Numbered from the stretch's first letter, positions 17,510 through 27,174 are shown. The stretch: 64,000 bases of DNA from Chloroflexota bacterium (GCA_012270555.1 JAAXIC010000006.1:65374-129373); one strand, 5' to 3'. Translations and numbers: made by a program. Notes: generated from the letters alone by a model not told the origin.

Positions 17510-19012
17510 CTAGCTCGTCACCCAGACCGGCGTCGTCCACGCGAGTTGGCCGTTGCGCGCGGCGAGGCGGGCGTAGTAGTAGTCAGTGGGCCGCTCCGGT
17601 TCGGTATCCATGACGGTGGCGGCGAAGGTGTAGTCCTGCGCGGGCACGGCGCGGTGGATGCGCACGGCGGGACTGCGAAAGCCGTCGGTAAGGTGGCCGC
17701 GGGTACCGGTGAGTAGGTCTGCCAAGGTGTGTTCCGCCGTGTAGCCGTTTGCGGTGAAGGAGAGCGTGGCGCCGACCGGCATTTCCAGGTGGACGATGAG
17801 CCCCTGGGTGGTGGGGTGGCGGGTGGTCACGTTGCCGCGGGTGACTGAGCGCCACTTTAGCTCTTGCGCTGTCTGCTCTTCCACGGCGTGAGGTATCGTC
17901 TCGGCGACGCCTTCCACCTGCTCGTGGCGCAGAACGGGATCGCCGCGGAAGCAGGTTTCGCAGTCAAGAATCTCGCCGTCTTTCACGCGCACCGCCATCT
18001 CCCAGTTTGCGTCCTGGTCCACTGCGGACCAGCCCCACTCGATGTGCACTTTGGCACGCAGGCGGCGGTGCTGCTCCGGCATAACGTAGCTCGGCAGCGG
18101 CGCCCAGCGCCGCCAGACCTTGCTATTCTTAATGACTTCGATCGTGTCCCAGAAGTCGGACCCCTCCGCGCTGATGCTGACCTGCCGCCGGTCGCCGTGA
18201 GTCTCGCCGCCCAGCATGGCTTCATTGACGTGAAACGCCACCGCCATCTTGTCGCCGGTGACGGCATAGGTGCGGCGGTTCCAGAGCGCATCCCAAATGG
18301 CATCGCGCGAGAGATCCGTGGCATAGACCGCCAGCCGGCCGTCGCCGTACGAGCCTGGATAGCCGGAGTGCTGGTCGGTGGAGGCCACGATGCCGAAGCG
18401 GTGCCCCCGCTCCAGCCCCGCCTGGATGGTGCTGTCGTGGTCGCGGGGGCCCATGGTGTTGAGCATGGGATACGGCGCTTCATCGCTCTCGGAGCAGCCG
18501 TGCATGGAGTAGGTCTCGACGATGGGTGAATGCTTCGGGTCGTAGGCGTCCCAGTTGATGCCGCGCCCGCCCAAGGGATAGCCGATGTGATGGGGTTCGA
18601 GGATGAACGGCTGGCCGGTGTCGATGAGGCTCGCGCGCAATTCTGCCAATGTTTCTCCCCCGAGCAGCGGCCCGTGCGTACCCTTATAAAGCACGTGGTG
18701 ATCGCCGTAGCCGCGGGAATGCCACTCGTAGCTCAAGAAGGGTATAAACCGCTCTTCTTCATGAAACGACCCGAAGGTATCCTGCACCGTGTCCCAGTTC
18801 CTGTGCAGCTTGGCGAACCCTTCCTGGTGGTAGTCTATGATGGCGCCAAATTTCTCACGGTCGGTGGGGATGTCCGGCCAGAAAGCATGGCCGGTGACGG
18901 AGGCAAAATCAAGCTGCTGCCGGGCCAGCGTCAGCGCCCGCTCCAGGCTGCCGTGCCCGTAGCTGATGCCGCAGTGGTTGTGGATGTCACCCCAATAGAG
19001 TTGATATGGCAT
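17510..19012 (-). CDS. PHP-like / DUF3604-like metal-dependent hydrolase (paralog of 22020..23225)
   Basis: N-terminus LYWGDIHNHCGISYGHGS (D-x-H-x-H PHP motif I). C-terminal YYYARLA...AWTTPVWV tail shared with the paralog (YYYVRVV...AWSSPVWF). Confidence 0.55.
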   Translation of the reverse strand: MPYQLYWGDIHNHCGISYGHGSLERALTLARQQLDFASVTGHAFWPDIPTDREKFGAIIDYHQEGFAKLHRNWDTVQDTFGSFHEEERFIPFLSYEWHSRGYGDHHVLYKGTHGPLLGGETLAELRASLIDTGQPFILEPHHIGYPLGGRGINWDAYDPKHSPIVETYSMHGCSESDEAPYPMLNTMGPRDHDSTIQAGLERGHRFGIVASTDQHSGYPGSYGDGRLAVYATDLSRDAIWDALWNRRTYAVTGDKMAVAFHVNEAMLGGETHGDRRQVSISAEGSDFWDTIEVIKNSKVWRRWAPLPSYVMPEQHRRLRAKVHIEWGWSAVDQDANWEMAVRVKDGEILDCETCFRGDPVLRHEQVEGVAETIPHAVEEQTAQELKWRSVTRGNVTTRHPTTQGLIVHLEMPVGATLSFTANGYTAEHTLADLLTGTRGHLTDGFRSPAVRIHRAVPAQDYTFAATVMDTEPERPTDYYYARLAARNGQLAWTTPVWVTS

Positions 19013-19180
19013 TGCACTCTCCTCATTATCGCGTTGGCAGGGGGTCTGTCTATTGTGCGCGCTCGTTAAGACACCACATTTGGTCTGCTGCGAGCGGAAA
19101 CCGGCAACTATAAGGGTCTAGTATACGATCTGGACGCGGTCAGCGCGATGGAGAACGCATCCATCTGTAGGATGAAGGGT

Positions 19181-19513
19181 TTAGCTCTGCTCACCCTCTG
19201 GTCCTGCTTTGTCCAGGTCGATCCAAACGATGTCACGTTCGACAGCGCGGCGGAATCTTGGCCGTAACGTGTCCAGCATAAGCACGTCTACGTGGTGGCC
19301 AAATTGCGCTTCCAAGAAGTCAATGATGGCAAAGTACTCGCGCACAGTCTGGTGTTCTGGCGGCAGGTCTATGATGACGTCTAGGTCGCTGGTGTCGTCC
19401 GCTTCGTCGCGTGCGACTGAGCCAATGAGCCCTATGGCTGCTACGCCAAGTGCAGCGATCTCTTCACGGTTCTTGGTGATGGACCGTATTGCGTCTGCTT
19501 TACGAAGGGACAT
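19181..19513 (-). CDS. Minimal nucleotidyltransferase (MNT-type antitoxin-like)
   Basis: GSVARDEADDTSDLDVIIDL matches the GSxxRGxxxxxSDxDLxV Pol-beta NTase signature. Located in a lower-GC block. Confidence 0.65.
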   Translation of the reverse strand: MSLRKADAIRSITKNREEIAALGVAAIGLIGSVARDEADDTSDLDVIIDLPPEHQTVREYFAIIDFLEAQFGHHVDVLMLDTLRPRFRRAVERDIVWIDLDKAGPEGEQS

Positions 19514-19543
19514 GAGCAATCAGCCTACAATTTGGGCGAGGAT

Positions 19544-19981
19544 TCATTGCTCTTCAGCAGTATCATTAGATGTCTGCTTCGGCATCATTTTATCCATATG
19601 GTACGTACGATTGGGATTTAGAAAATGATCTTCCCAAGGGCTAGCTCCACCACCGTCGCCCGCTCCCAACCCAGCCAAAATCCTGTTTGCTGCAATCGCT
19701 CCGGTAACCACCAAAGGTATCTTTGCTTTCTTCAGCAACTGCGACCATGCACCATAAGCAGATTTAACAGCCGAATCGATTTGATCATGCCCCAAGCCGG
19801 GAACGAACGTGCTAAACAAAACTTCGCCCTGACCCCCTACCTCACTAATAGAAGCTATTTGTGCTTCGGCCCCTCCTTCGTACTTGCCCAACTTCCGAGC
19901 TAACTTTACACGGAGCCTCTCAGGCATATTCCTAAACTCCCCTGCCGCCATCTTTGCAGCCCGCTGCCCAACTGCCACCAA
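19544..19981 (-). CDS. Hypothetical 145-aa protein between HEPN and MNT genes
   Basis: ORF with a Gly-rich segment (AGLGAGDGGG), no recognisable domain; same strand and spacing as the neighbours (25-nt and 37-nt gaps). Confidence 0.35.
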   Translation of the reverse strand: MVAVGQRAAKMAAGEFRNMPERLRVKLARKLGKYEGGAEAQIASISEVGGQGEVLFSTFVPGLGHDQIDSAVKSAYGAWSQLLKKAKIPLVVTGAIAANRILAGLGAGDGGGASPWEDHFLNPNRTYHMDKMMPKQTSNDTAEEQ

Positions 19982-20017
19982 GTCCCTTCCAGGTTCAGCT
20001 ATCGCTTGCCTATGAGC

Positions 20018-20557
20018 CTAATATCGAGCATACGCAAGCTCGACACCACTAAGAGGAGGCCCTTTAGGATTTTCAACAGACCTAAACCCCTCTTCAAAAG
20101 CCTTATTGCGGTGAAGCATCACTTTCAACGCATCGGCATCGCTTAATTTCCCCTTTCCACCATTCTCAGAAATCAGCACCAACACCTGGTCCTCCAAAAC
20201 AGAATGCCGACGACCAAAAATCACTGCCCGTTCCAGAAATTTGAGAAGCTCGGGCACATTTGTAGTGGCTGCGTCCCATACAATCCTGTTCGCGACCGTC
20301 CAGTAATGGTGGGCCAGTCTATCACGCATACGGGCCAGGGCCCGCCAATCGATTTCAGGTGCGGCAGTTGTTGTTTCCGTGGAGAGCGTCTTGGACGCTT
20401 CGCCGAGCAGAAAGAGCGCGTGGGTAACAGCAAATTGCTTCTCTAGGCTGGCCTCGAATCTCTCAAAATCCATGTCCTCGACAAAGCGCAGTATATTGCG
20501 GCACAAGTCCATCATATCCTGAATTCGATCTCGCTCATCTCTGCTCATAGTACGCAC
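20018..20557 (-). CDS. HEPN-domain protein (HepT/DUF86-like, Rx4HxY) with ~60-aa C-terminal extension
   Basis: IDWRALARMRDRLAHHYWTV carries the HEPN R-x4-H-x-Y motif; lower-GC block. Confidence 0.6.
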   Translation of the reverse strand: MRTMSRDERDRIQDMMDLCRNILRFVEDMDFERFEASLEKQFAVTHALFLLGEASKTLSTETTTAAPEIDWRALARMRDRLAHHYWTVANRIVWDAATTNVPELLKFLERAVIFGRRHSVLEDQVLVLISENGGKGKLSDADALKVMLHRNKAFEEGFRSVENPKGPPLSGVELAYARY

Positions 20558-20626
20558 CGTTTCTTCGTATGCAGAGGCGAGAGTGATTCAAGGACAAGCC
20601 TTCGCTTTGTATTTGTCCCAACTGCA

Positions 20627-21760
20627 TCACACCTCCACCGGAACCCTGGCACTGGCGAAAATCTCCTCCAACCGCGCGATCACCGTCGGCACTTCGCTCA
20701 GGCGCAGTTCGACGGGGTCAATATAGAAGAAGCCTTCGTCCACGTGGTGGGCGCGGGGGTGGATGCACGGCGTGCCGGCCTTTAGCGCATCGCACACTTC
20801 CTCAGCGGTGGTGCCGGTGATCGCCGGATCCACGATGATCTTGGCGCGGGCCTGCGGGTTGCCGGTGATATCCGGTTCCGAGATAGCGGTAATGCCGGGT
20901 ATCTTGGCCATGGCCTCGACCACGGGGTCAGTTTTTGCGTCCATGTCGGCGAAGTAGGCGTCGCGATCGAAGGTGCGCAGCCACTCCATGGTGGCGATCA
21001 CGCTCACGATGCCTTCTTTTGTCGGCTTCATGGCGCGTCCCAGGCCCATGGCTTGGCGGGCGGTGGCATCGATGAGATCGCGGTTGCCGGCGATCACGCC
21101 GGCCGTAAAGCCGTTGAGGTGCTTCTGGTCGCTGAAGACCACGGCGGAAGCGCCCGCTTCCAGCAGCTCGCGCGCCAGAAATGCCTCCGCCGCGCCATCC
21201 ACGATCACGGGCACGCCGTGGGCGTCCGCGACCTCCACGAATTCCGCGAACGAAAGCTGGTTGTGCTGCACGGTGTGATGGGAAAGCACAAATATCGCCG
21301 CCGCCGTATTGGCGTTGATAGCACGAACCATGTGTTCGGGCAGGGCACGGTTGGTCTCGCCAAACTCCACCGCGGTCGCGCCGGTCATGCGGATCATTTG
21401 GGTGACGGGCGCGCCGAAGTTCACGGCATGGCCCTTCTGGAGGATGACCTCGTTCTTCAAGCCGGTCGTGTCCGGCAGGGAGAGCACGTTGCCGAGGTCG
21501 TCTCCGGTCATGGCGCCGGCGCAGGTCACCGCAATGCCCGCCGCCGCGCAGTGGGTCACCGTGCCGGCCTCGGCGCCGGTGGCGTCGGCAATGGCTTCAC
21601 TCGCTACCTTCAAGAACTCCGGCATGTCGATGAACTCCGACATGGCCTCCATCACGCGGCTCGTCACCTCCGGCGGCACCGCCGCCGCGCCCAGATGCGT
21701 CATCTTGCCGCAGGCATTAATGATGGGCGTCAGCCCGTAACGTTCATGGAACCTGGACAT
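20627..21760 (-). CDS. SelA/DgaE-family PLP-dependent enzyme (L-seryl-tRNA(Sec) selenium transferase-related)
   Basis: Length and pattern (...VFSDQKHLNG... putative PLP-lysine region, Gly-rich N-terminal segment) resemble the SelA-like/DgaE group; assignment by family resemblance only. Confidence 0.5.
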   Translation of the reverse strand: MSRFHERYGLTPIINACGKMTHLGAAAVPPEVTSRVMEAMSEFIDMPEFLKVASEAIADATGAEAGTVTHCAAAGIAVTCAGAMTGDDLGNVLSLPDTTGLKNEVILQKGHAVNFGAPVTQMIRMTGATAVEFGETNRALPEHMVRAINANTAAAIFVLSHHTVQHNQLSFAEFVEVADAHGVPVIVDGAAEAFLARELLEAGASAVVFSDQKHLNGFTAGVIAGNRDLIDATARQAMGLGRAMKPTKEGIVSVIATMEWLRTFDRDAYFADMDAKTDPVVEAMAKIPGITAISEPDITGNPQARAKIIVDPAITGTTAEEVCDALKAGTPCIHPRAHHVDEGFFYIDPVELRLSEVPTVIARLEEIFASARVPVEV

Positions 21761-21799
21761 ACCTGTCTCTTTCCTTTTTTGAATGCGGAATCGTCCGCT

Positions 21800-21850
21800 C
21801 CGTCATTCCCGCGAATGCGTGCCCCCGTTCGGGGCGCGGAATCCATCTTT
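21800..21850. repeat. Family-A hairpin repeat (CGTCATTCCCGCG...CGCGGAATCCATCTT) with nested GCCCCCGTTCGGGGGC hairpin
   Basis: Other copies at 24722, 29275 (partial), 45895, 46471, 57871. Confidence 0.7.
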
Positions 21851-22019
21851 ACGTTTGGCTGCTATGATAACCGCGCGGAAACCCCTCGTCTATGACGTAC
21901 AAGCGGCTACAGGCTTGGGTAAAAGAATAGTCGTGTTACTAGAATCCAAAGGCATCAGCTTGAAGCTTGAGAGAACTTTCTCCGGTTTCGTAAGCGCAAG
22001 ATAGATCAGCGCAAAGGTC

Positions 22020-23225
22020 TTACGTGTGCGCAGTAAACCACACCGGGCTCGACCAGGCGGTGCGTTCGTCGGCCTGCACTACGCGGACGTAGTAGTAGAC
22101 CAGCGCAACGCCGTTACCGTCTGCCACCGGCGGTGAGACTTTCACGATCTTCTCCATGGAATCGTCGTCCACCAGGTCTACGGTTACGTCAGCCGCCGGT
22201 TCGGGCGGATGGAAGCGGCGCACGTCCACGTTGTTCCGCACCAAAGTAATGTGGGCGATGGGCGCCGTGCCGTTCACGGCCACGTGGACCGTGCGGGGCT
22301 CATCCGGCAGCGCGCCGCCGTCCGCGCCCATGACGTGGCCGTTCGTCTCGGTCCAGAGGCGAATTTTTCTGCCCGTGGCCGCATAGCAACGGCGGGCGTG
22401 CAGTGCCGCAAAGATGCCCTCGCGGGTGAATTCCTCCGCATAGACCCCGGCGAGGCCGGCGCCCAGGATGTTGCGCCGATACGAATTGCGCGCGGCACTT
22501 ATCGGGTTGGCCGGACGCCCCGGTATCTTGGGGTCGAATGGAGGGTGGTGCCCGCCGGAGTGGCCGGAGTGACTGTCGCTGCTGCCGATCACGCCCACGC
22601 GGTAGCCCTGCGCCAAGCCGTCCTGCAGGAACGAACCGGGCACGCCGGGCGACCAATTGGGATCGCACGCATGCGGGTTGCCTTTGTATTCGTAGGTCCC
22701 CCAATTGGACGTTATTTCCACCACCGGCTCATAGCGCGGATTGAGCGTGGACCAATCATAGGGCGTCTGGTCACGCGCCAGGTGGTGGGGTATCATCATC
22801 GCTTCATACGGCAGATCGTCGAAGGCCTCCCACATCTCATTAATGGAGCTAATATCGTAGCCGCTGGGCAGCAAGGGCGGCTCGTCGTCACAAAAGTACG
22901 CATTGTGATGTCCGTAGGTGCGATCGAGGGGCGAGTTCCACTCGTAGGCCGGAATGGTTACGAACCTGCCGGGATCGTGATACGCGCGGTTTGCCTCCAG
23001 GATAACCCCAAACTGGTCCTCGGTGAGCAAAATGGGCTCCTTCTTGCCCAGGCCGGAAAAGGTGTGGTCGGTGACGGCGGCAAAGTCAATCTCCGCCACG
23101 TCGCGCGCGTAGCGGTAGCAGTCCGCGGGCGAGCCGTCAAAGCCGTCCGGAATCGACTCCGGCTTGAAGCACACCGAGTATTCCGCGTGAATGTGGGTAT
23201 CTCCCCAGAGCAACGTGTAGGTCAT
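22020..23225 (-). CDS. PHP-like / DUF3604-like metal-dependent hydrolase (paralog of 17510..19012)
   Basis: LLWGDTHIHAEYS N-terminus; ...AAVTDHTFSG...; shared C-terminal YYYVRV...AWSSPVWF. Confidence 0.55.
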   Translation of the reverse strand: MTYTLLWGDTHIHAEYSVCFKPESIPDGFDGSPADCYRYARDVAEIDFAAVTDHTFSGLGKKEPILLTEDQFGVILEANRAYHDPGRFVTIPAYEWNSPLDRTYGHHNAYFCDDEPPLLPSGYDISSINEMWEAFDDLPYEAMMIPHHLARDQTPYDWSTLNPRYEPVVEITSNWGTYEYKGNPHACDPNWSPGVPGSFLQDGLAQGYRVGVIGSSDSHSGHSGGHHPPFDPKIPGRPANPISAARNSYRRNILGAGLAGVYAEEFTREGIFAALHARRCYAATGRKIRLWTETNGHVMGADGGALPDEPRTVHVAVNGTAPIAHITLVRNNVDVRRFHPPEPAADVTVDLVDDDSMEKIVKVSPPVADGNGVALVYYYVRVVQADERTAWSSPVWFTAHT

Positions 23226-23332
23226 GCTTTACCTTTCATAGTCCCCTCACCGGTCCATGATGTTCGAGCAAACACTATCTTCAATGCGTTTTTTGCCAAG
23301 TTGACGGAATTGCGCGGAGCCGTCAAGCAACC

Positions 23333-23389
23333 GCCCTCACCCCTGTATCGAGTACGGGGCAGGCTCTAACCCTCTCCCCCGGGAGAGGG
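23333..23389. repeat. Compound repeat: inverted family B + family-C hairpin (CCCCTGTATCGAGTACGGGG)
   Basis: GCCCTCACCCCTGTATCGAGTACGGGGCAGGCTCTAACCCTCTCCCCCGGGAGAGGG; same compound at 51643. Confidence 0.7.
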
Positions 23390-23479
23390 AATGCCCCCGT
23401 GGTCGCGATGGTACTATCCTCTCCTCAGGTGAGGGCTTTCTTGCTCTTGAGGGGGACCTTGGTCGCACAATGTGGTCTG

Positions 23480-24298
23480 TTACTTTGCTTCGATGTGCTT
23501 GCCTAACTCGAGCGGAGTCCTGAATACCTTTAAGATGTCGTCGCCGGTTACGCGCGCTTCCCCGCCGGGTACGCCGTTCTCAGGACGCGAGGTGTGCACG
23601 AGGGTGTAAGGCGGCTCCAGCCAGAAGCGCTCGATTTCGTCGCGGCACTCGATGCCGCGCTTCACGCCGGCATAGATGAGTTCTCGCGCCTTGGTGGGAT
23701 GCAGGTGAATGGCAGCGCCGTTGAACGCGCGGTTCGCGCCCATGCCGAGACCGGTGGCCGAACCCCGGTCCAGGCCTTCCTTCACCACCGCGGTCTCGAT
23801 GCCGGGCGCCAGCGCCTCGGCTTCTTCCGCCGCTGCCAGATCGCCGCTCAGAAACACGTACGGCACGCCGAAGTACGCCGCGCTCAAAAAACTCCGGCCG
23901 CTTTCGCCGATCGAGACGCCGTTAATGGTCAGGTCTTCAACGTTGAACGAGCCGGAATGAGCCAAGTGGCCGCCGGGGGCATTAGACTTGGCATGCTGGC
24001 CGATGCTGATGGCGACGTCGAACGATGCGTCGAGGACGGCGCCGATGGGACGCGGGCGTCCTTTGAGGAGTTGCGCTGCCGGATGCAGCAGCATTGGCGT
24101 AATCGCCCCCTGGCCATGCCCGTCAATCACGACGATGTCCGTAGCGCCGGCCTCCAACGCCCCCTCGATGGCGGCGTTCGTTTCCAGCGTGGTAAGCTCG
24201 CAGCCGCGCTCGTAGTAGCGAGATTCGGGGAAGCAGTAGTTCGGCGAGTCTATGACCCCCGCCACGCCTTCCATGTCGGTCATCACGTAGACTTTCAT
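23480..24298 (-). CDS. dppA: D-aminopeptidase DppA (peptidase family M55)
   Basis: MKVYVMTDMEGVAGV N-terminus is the M55 signature; ATG at 24296-24298 with GAGGAG RBS. Confidence 0.7.
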   Translation of the reverse strand: MKVYVMTDMEGVAGVIDSPNYCFPESRYYERGCELTTLETNAAIEGALEAGATDIVVIDGHGQGAITPMLLHPAAQLLKGRPRPIGAVLDASFDVAISIGQHAKSNAPGGHLAHSGSFNVEDLTINGVSIGESGRSFLSAAYFGVPYVFLSGDLAAAEEAEALAPGIETAVVKEGLDRGSATGLGMGANRAFNGAAIHLHPTKARELIYAGVKRGIECRDEIERFWLEPPYTLVHTSRPENGVPGGEARVTGDDILKVFRTPLELGKHIEAK

Positions 24299-24556
24299 CG
24301 TTCTCCTCAAGACTCACAGGAAAGAAACAACTGGGAGATCAACTACGTTGTCACTGTATTCTACCAGTCTGTGCGGCCTTGGGAACTCAGTTGTCTAACA
24401 TGGAGAAAGGCAGTGATCTGATCCGTCATTTGTATGTTGAAAAAAGCCTACAAATGAGCGAATGTGAGAGGGTAATGCGAGGGGCGCATCGTTCGTCATC
24501 ACCATGAAAAATAGAACTCCAACCTCCGTCATTACTCTGAAAATAGCGTGACCAAG

Positions 24557-24591
24557 CCGTTCGCCCTGAGCAGCGTCGAAGGGTGAACGGC
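24557..24591. repeat. Family-E repeat (CCGTTCGCCCTGAGC-NN-GTCGAAGGGT...GAACGG)
   Basis: Second copy at 44394-44434, with extra GTCGAAGGG units at 44346 and 44362. Degenerate relatives at 24640-24680 and 24888-24920. Confidence 0.55.
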
Positions 24592-24721
24592 GGAAGCGAT
24601 TGACAGGTTTCGACACTCCTCCTTCCGTCCCTGCTTCGACAAGGGCTTCGCGCAGCCCTCAGCACGAACGGAGAGATCGGAGTCCATTTTTTATTCCCTT
24701 GTGTGGCCTTTGCAAGGCCAT

Positions 24722-24773
24722 GGTGATTCCCGCGCAAGCTCGCCCCCGTGCGGGGGCGCGGAATCCATCTTCT
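24722..24773. repeat. Family-A hairpin repeat with nested GCCCCCGTGCGGGGGC
   Basis: GTGATTCCCGCGCAAGCTCGCCCCCGTGCGGGGGCGCGGAATCCATCTTCTCT. Confidence 0.7.
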
Positions 24774-25203
24774 CTTTAAGACGTAGACCCTTGTTCGCTT
24801 TGACGTACGCGGTCGGGGCCATATTGCACCGTCTCTGGACTCCGGCGTTCGCCGGAGTGACGGGTTGGGATGCTCGCTTTCCTTGGACCGGTTACTCTTC
24901 GATCCTTCGACAAAGCCTGTGCTGAGCTTGTCGAAGTGCTCCAGACAGGCAAGCTCAGAGCCTGTCCCCTACTCGATACAGCGTATCGACACGATACGAG
25001 GCGAACGGGGTTCATGTCCGCCTGTATTTCCTCTTGTTCCAAACGAACACCGGCGACTATATACTTGAATTGTCCAATAGAGACGAATTGGCAGACAAGA
25101 GTGCTCTCATGTGCGAACGGACGTACACGTGCCAGCATTCGGTTCCGCTGCAACTGCATCACATGAATGATTGGGTATAGAAGTATAGTTCCCGGTTAGG
25201 AGT

Positions 25204-26286
25204 ATGCGCATCGTGAATAAGTTCGACCTCCCAACCCCGGCGCTCTGTATCGATATGGAAGCCGTCGGCGACAACCTGCGCCTGATGCAGGATTTCGCCG
25301 ATGGCGCCGGGGTAGACCTGCGCCCCCATGCCAAGACGCACAAGAATCCGTTCTTCGCGCATATGCAGATAGACCAGGGAGCGGTGGGGATTTGCGTGGC
25401 GAAACTGAGCGAGGCGGAAGTGATGGTGGCGGGCGGCGTCAAGGACATTCTCGTCACCAACGAGATCGCCGACCCGCGCAAGTTGCGCCAACTGGCGGCA
25501 CTGGCGCACTACGCCACAATCACATTGGCGGTGGACAGCTTGCCCTGTGCCGCGGACGCCGCCCGCGCTGCCATGGACATGGGCAGCACGCTGCGTCTCC
25601 TCATCGAGGTGGATAGCGGCTCGCTGCGCTGCGGCACGGCCCCCGGCGCGCCGACGCTGGAGTTGGCGCAAGGCATCATGGAGCTAGAAAACGTAGAGTT
25701 CGCGGGCGTGATGGGCTACGAGGGCCACTGCATGTTCATCGAGGATCCGGACGAACGCCGGCAGATGGTGCATGCGGACCAAGAACGACTCGTGGGCACC
25801 GCCGCACTCATCCGCGACCACGGTATTCCTGTGGAGACAGTCTCCGCCGCCGGTACCGGCACCTACGATCTGACCGGCAACTATCCCGGCATCACCGAGC
25901 TACAGCCGGGGTCGTATATCTTCATGGACGGGCGCTACCGTCCGCTGCGTCCGGAGTTCCGCTGTGCGCTCACCGTGATCGTCACGGTCATCAGCCGTCC
26001 CACACCAGAGCGGGTAGTGGTGGACGTGGGCATGAAGTCCCTCACCAACGAGTTTGGCATGCCGCTCGTGCTCGGTATCCCTAACGCTGACTTCTATAGA
26101 GAAGGTGAGGAGAACGCCTGCATCCGCTTAGAAGACACCAGCCACCCCATCCGCCCCGGCGACCCGGTGGAACTCCTGCCCATGCACGGCGATACGACCA
26201 TCGCCGTCCACGACGCCTACCACCTCTGCCACGGCGAAGAGGTGGTGATGACGCTGCCGATTCAGGGACGGGGGAAGTTCATTTAG
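25204..26286 (+). CDS. DSD1/YhfX-type PLP enzyme, alanine-racemase-fold (D-serine deaminase / D-threonine aldolase-like)
   Basis: LRPHAKTHK PLP-lysine motif, N-terminal TIM-barrel + C-terminal beta domain length (~360 aa). Confidence 0.65.
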   Translation: MRIVNKFDLPTPALCIDMEAVGDNLRLMQDFADGAGVDLRPHAKTHKNPFFAHMQIDQGAVGICVAKLSEAEVMVAGGVKDILVTNEIADPRKLRQLAALAHYATITLAVDSLPCAADAARAAMDMGSTLRLLIEVDSGSLRCGTAPGAPTLELAQGIMELENVEFAGVMGYEGHCMFIEDPDERRQMVHADQERLVGTAALIRDHGIPVETVSAAGTGTYDLTGNYPGITELQPGSYIFMDGRYRPLRPEFRCALTVIVTVISRPTPERVVVDVGMKSLTNEFGMPLVLGIPNADFYREGEENACIRLEDTSHPIRPGDPVELLPMHGDTTIAVHDAYHLCHGEEVVMTLPIQGRGKFI

Positions 26287-26427
26287 CTCATGCCTTCGCT
26301 CCTCACGTGCTGCAAGAGGAGGGCACCATATGCTACGCTGCGAGCAATGAGCGTGCGTTTGCTTTCCGCTGCATCTGGATGGATCGGACCCGGTGCAATA
26401 ACTGCATCGTGAAAGGCGACCTACGTA

Positions 26428-27021
26428 ATGAGTAAAGATCCGCATTTGCCTGTTGTCATCGGCATCACGGCTGCCAGCGGCGCGGTGCTCACCGAGCGGT
26501 GCATCACCTGGCTGGCGGCGCACGGTGTGCCGCTCTACGTGACGTGCAGCAACAACGGCCGGCTGGTCTGGCAGCAGGAACTCGACGAGTCGCTGGAAGC
26601 CGCCGCCGCCCGCTGGAGGGAGCAGGGCGACGTAACGCTGGTGGACGTGGGGGACGAGGCTGCGCTGATTGCCAGCGGGAGTCTGCTTACGGCGGGAATG
26701 ATTATTGTGCCGTGCAGCACGGGATCGGTGGCGGCCATTGCCAACGGCGTCTGCACGAACGTGCTGCACCGCGCGGCGGAAGTGACCATCAAAGAGAAAC
26801 GGCCGCTGGTGCTCATGCCCCGCGAGACTCCGCTCTCGGCCATCCACCTGGAAGCTTGGCTCAAGCTCGCGCGCCTCGGCGTCACTATCGTGCCGCCCAT
26901 GCTCACCTTCTACAATCACCCCAAAGACATCCAGGACATGGTGGACTTCAGCGTGGGCCGCGCCCTTACGCTGCTGGGCTTCCCGGACGCCTTGCCGGAG
27001 CACCTGCGCTACCATCGGTAG
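26428..27021 (+). CDS. ubiX: Flavin prenyltransferase UbiX/Pad1
   Basis: GITAASGA, MIIVPCSTGSVAAIANGV and LMPRETPLS match UbiX signatures; 197 aa. Confidence 0.8.
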   Translation: MSKDPHLPVVIGITAASGAVLTERCITWLAAHGVPLYVTCSNNGRLVWQQELDESLEAAAARWREQGDVTLVDVGDEAALIASGSLLTAGMIIVPCSTGSVAAIANGVCTNVLHRAAEVTIKEKRPLVLMPRETPLSAIHLEAWLKLARLGVTIVPPMLTFYNHPKDIQDMVDFSVGRALTLLGFPDALPEHLRYHR

Positions 27022-27174
27022 GCTCCGCTGGCAATCCCCAATGCGCTGCTAACGATTTTCTCCTTCGCAGACCGATTTCCTCCCTGAGACATGGTCCGCC
27101 CTTCCATGCCATGGTATTTGTGCATTAGTTCACAACTGCGGTATCCTGCAACCAAAGTACACGTAAAGAGGAGG

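Noticed and set aside
17864-19069. Two + strand ORFs (221 and 179 aa)
   Set aside because: Antisense to the PHP/DUF3604-like gene.
21053-23369. + strand ORFs of 280 and 386 aa
   Set aside because: Antisense to the SelA-like and second PHP-like genes.
23594-24421. 275-aa + strand ORF
   Set aside because: Antisense to dppA.
26128-27015. 295-aa - strand ORF
   Set aside because: Antisense to the DSD1 3' end and ubiX; ubiX motifs are unambiguous on +.
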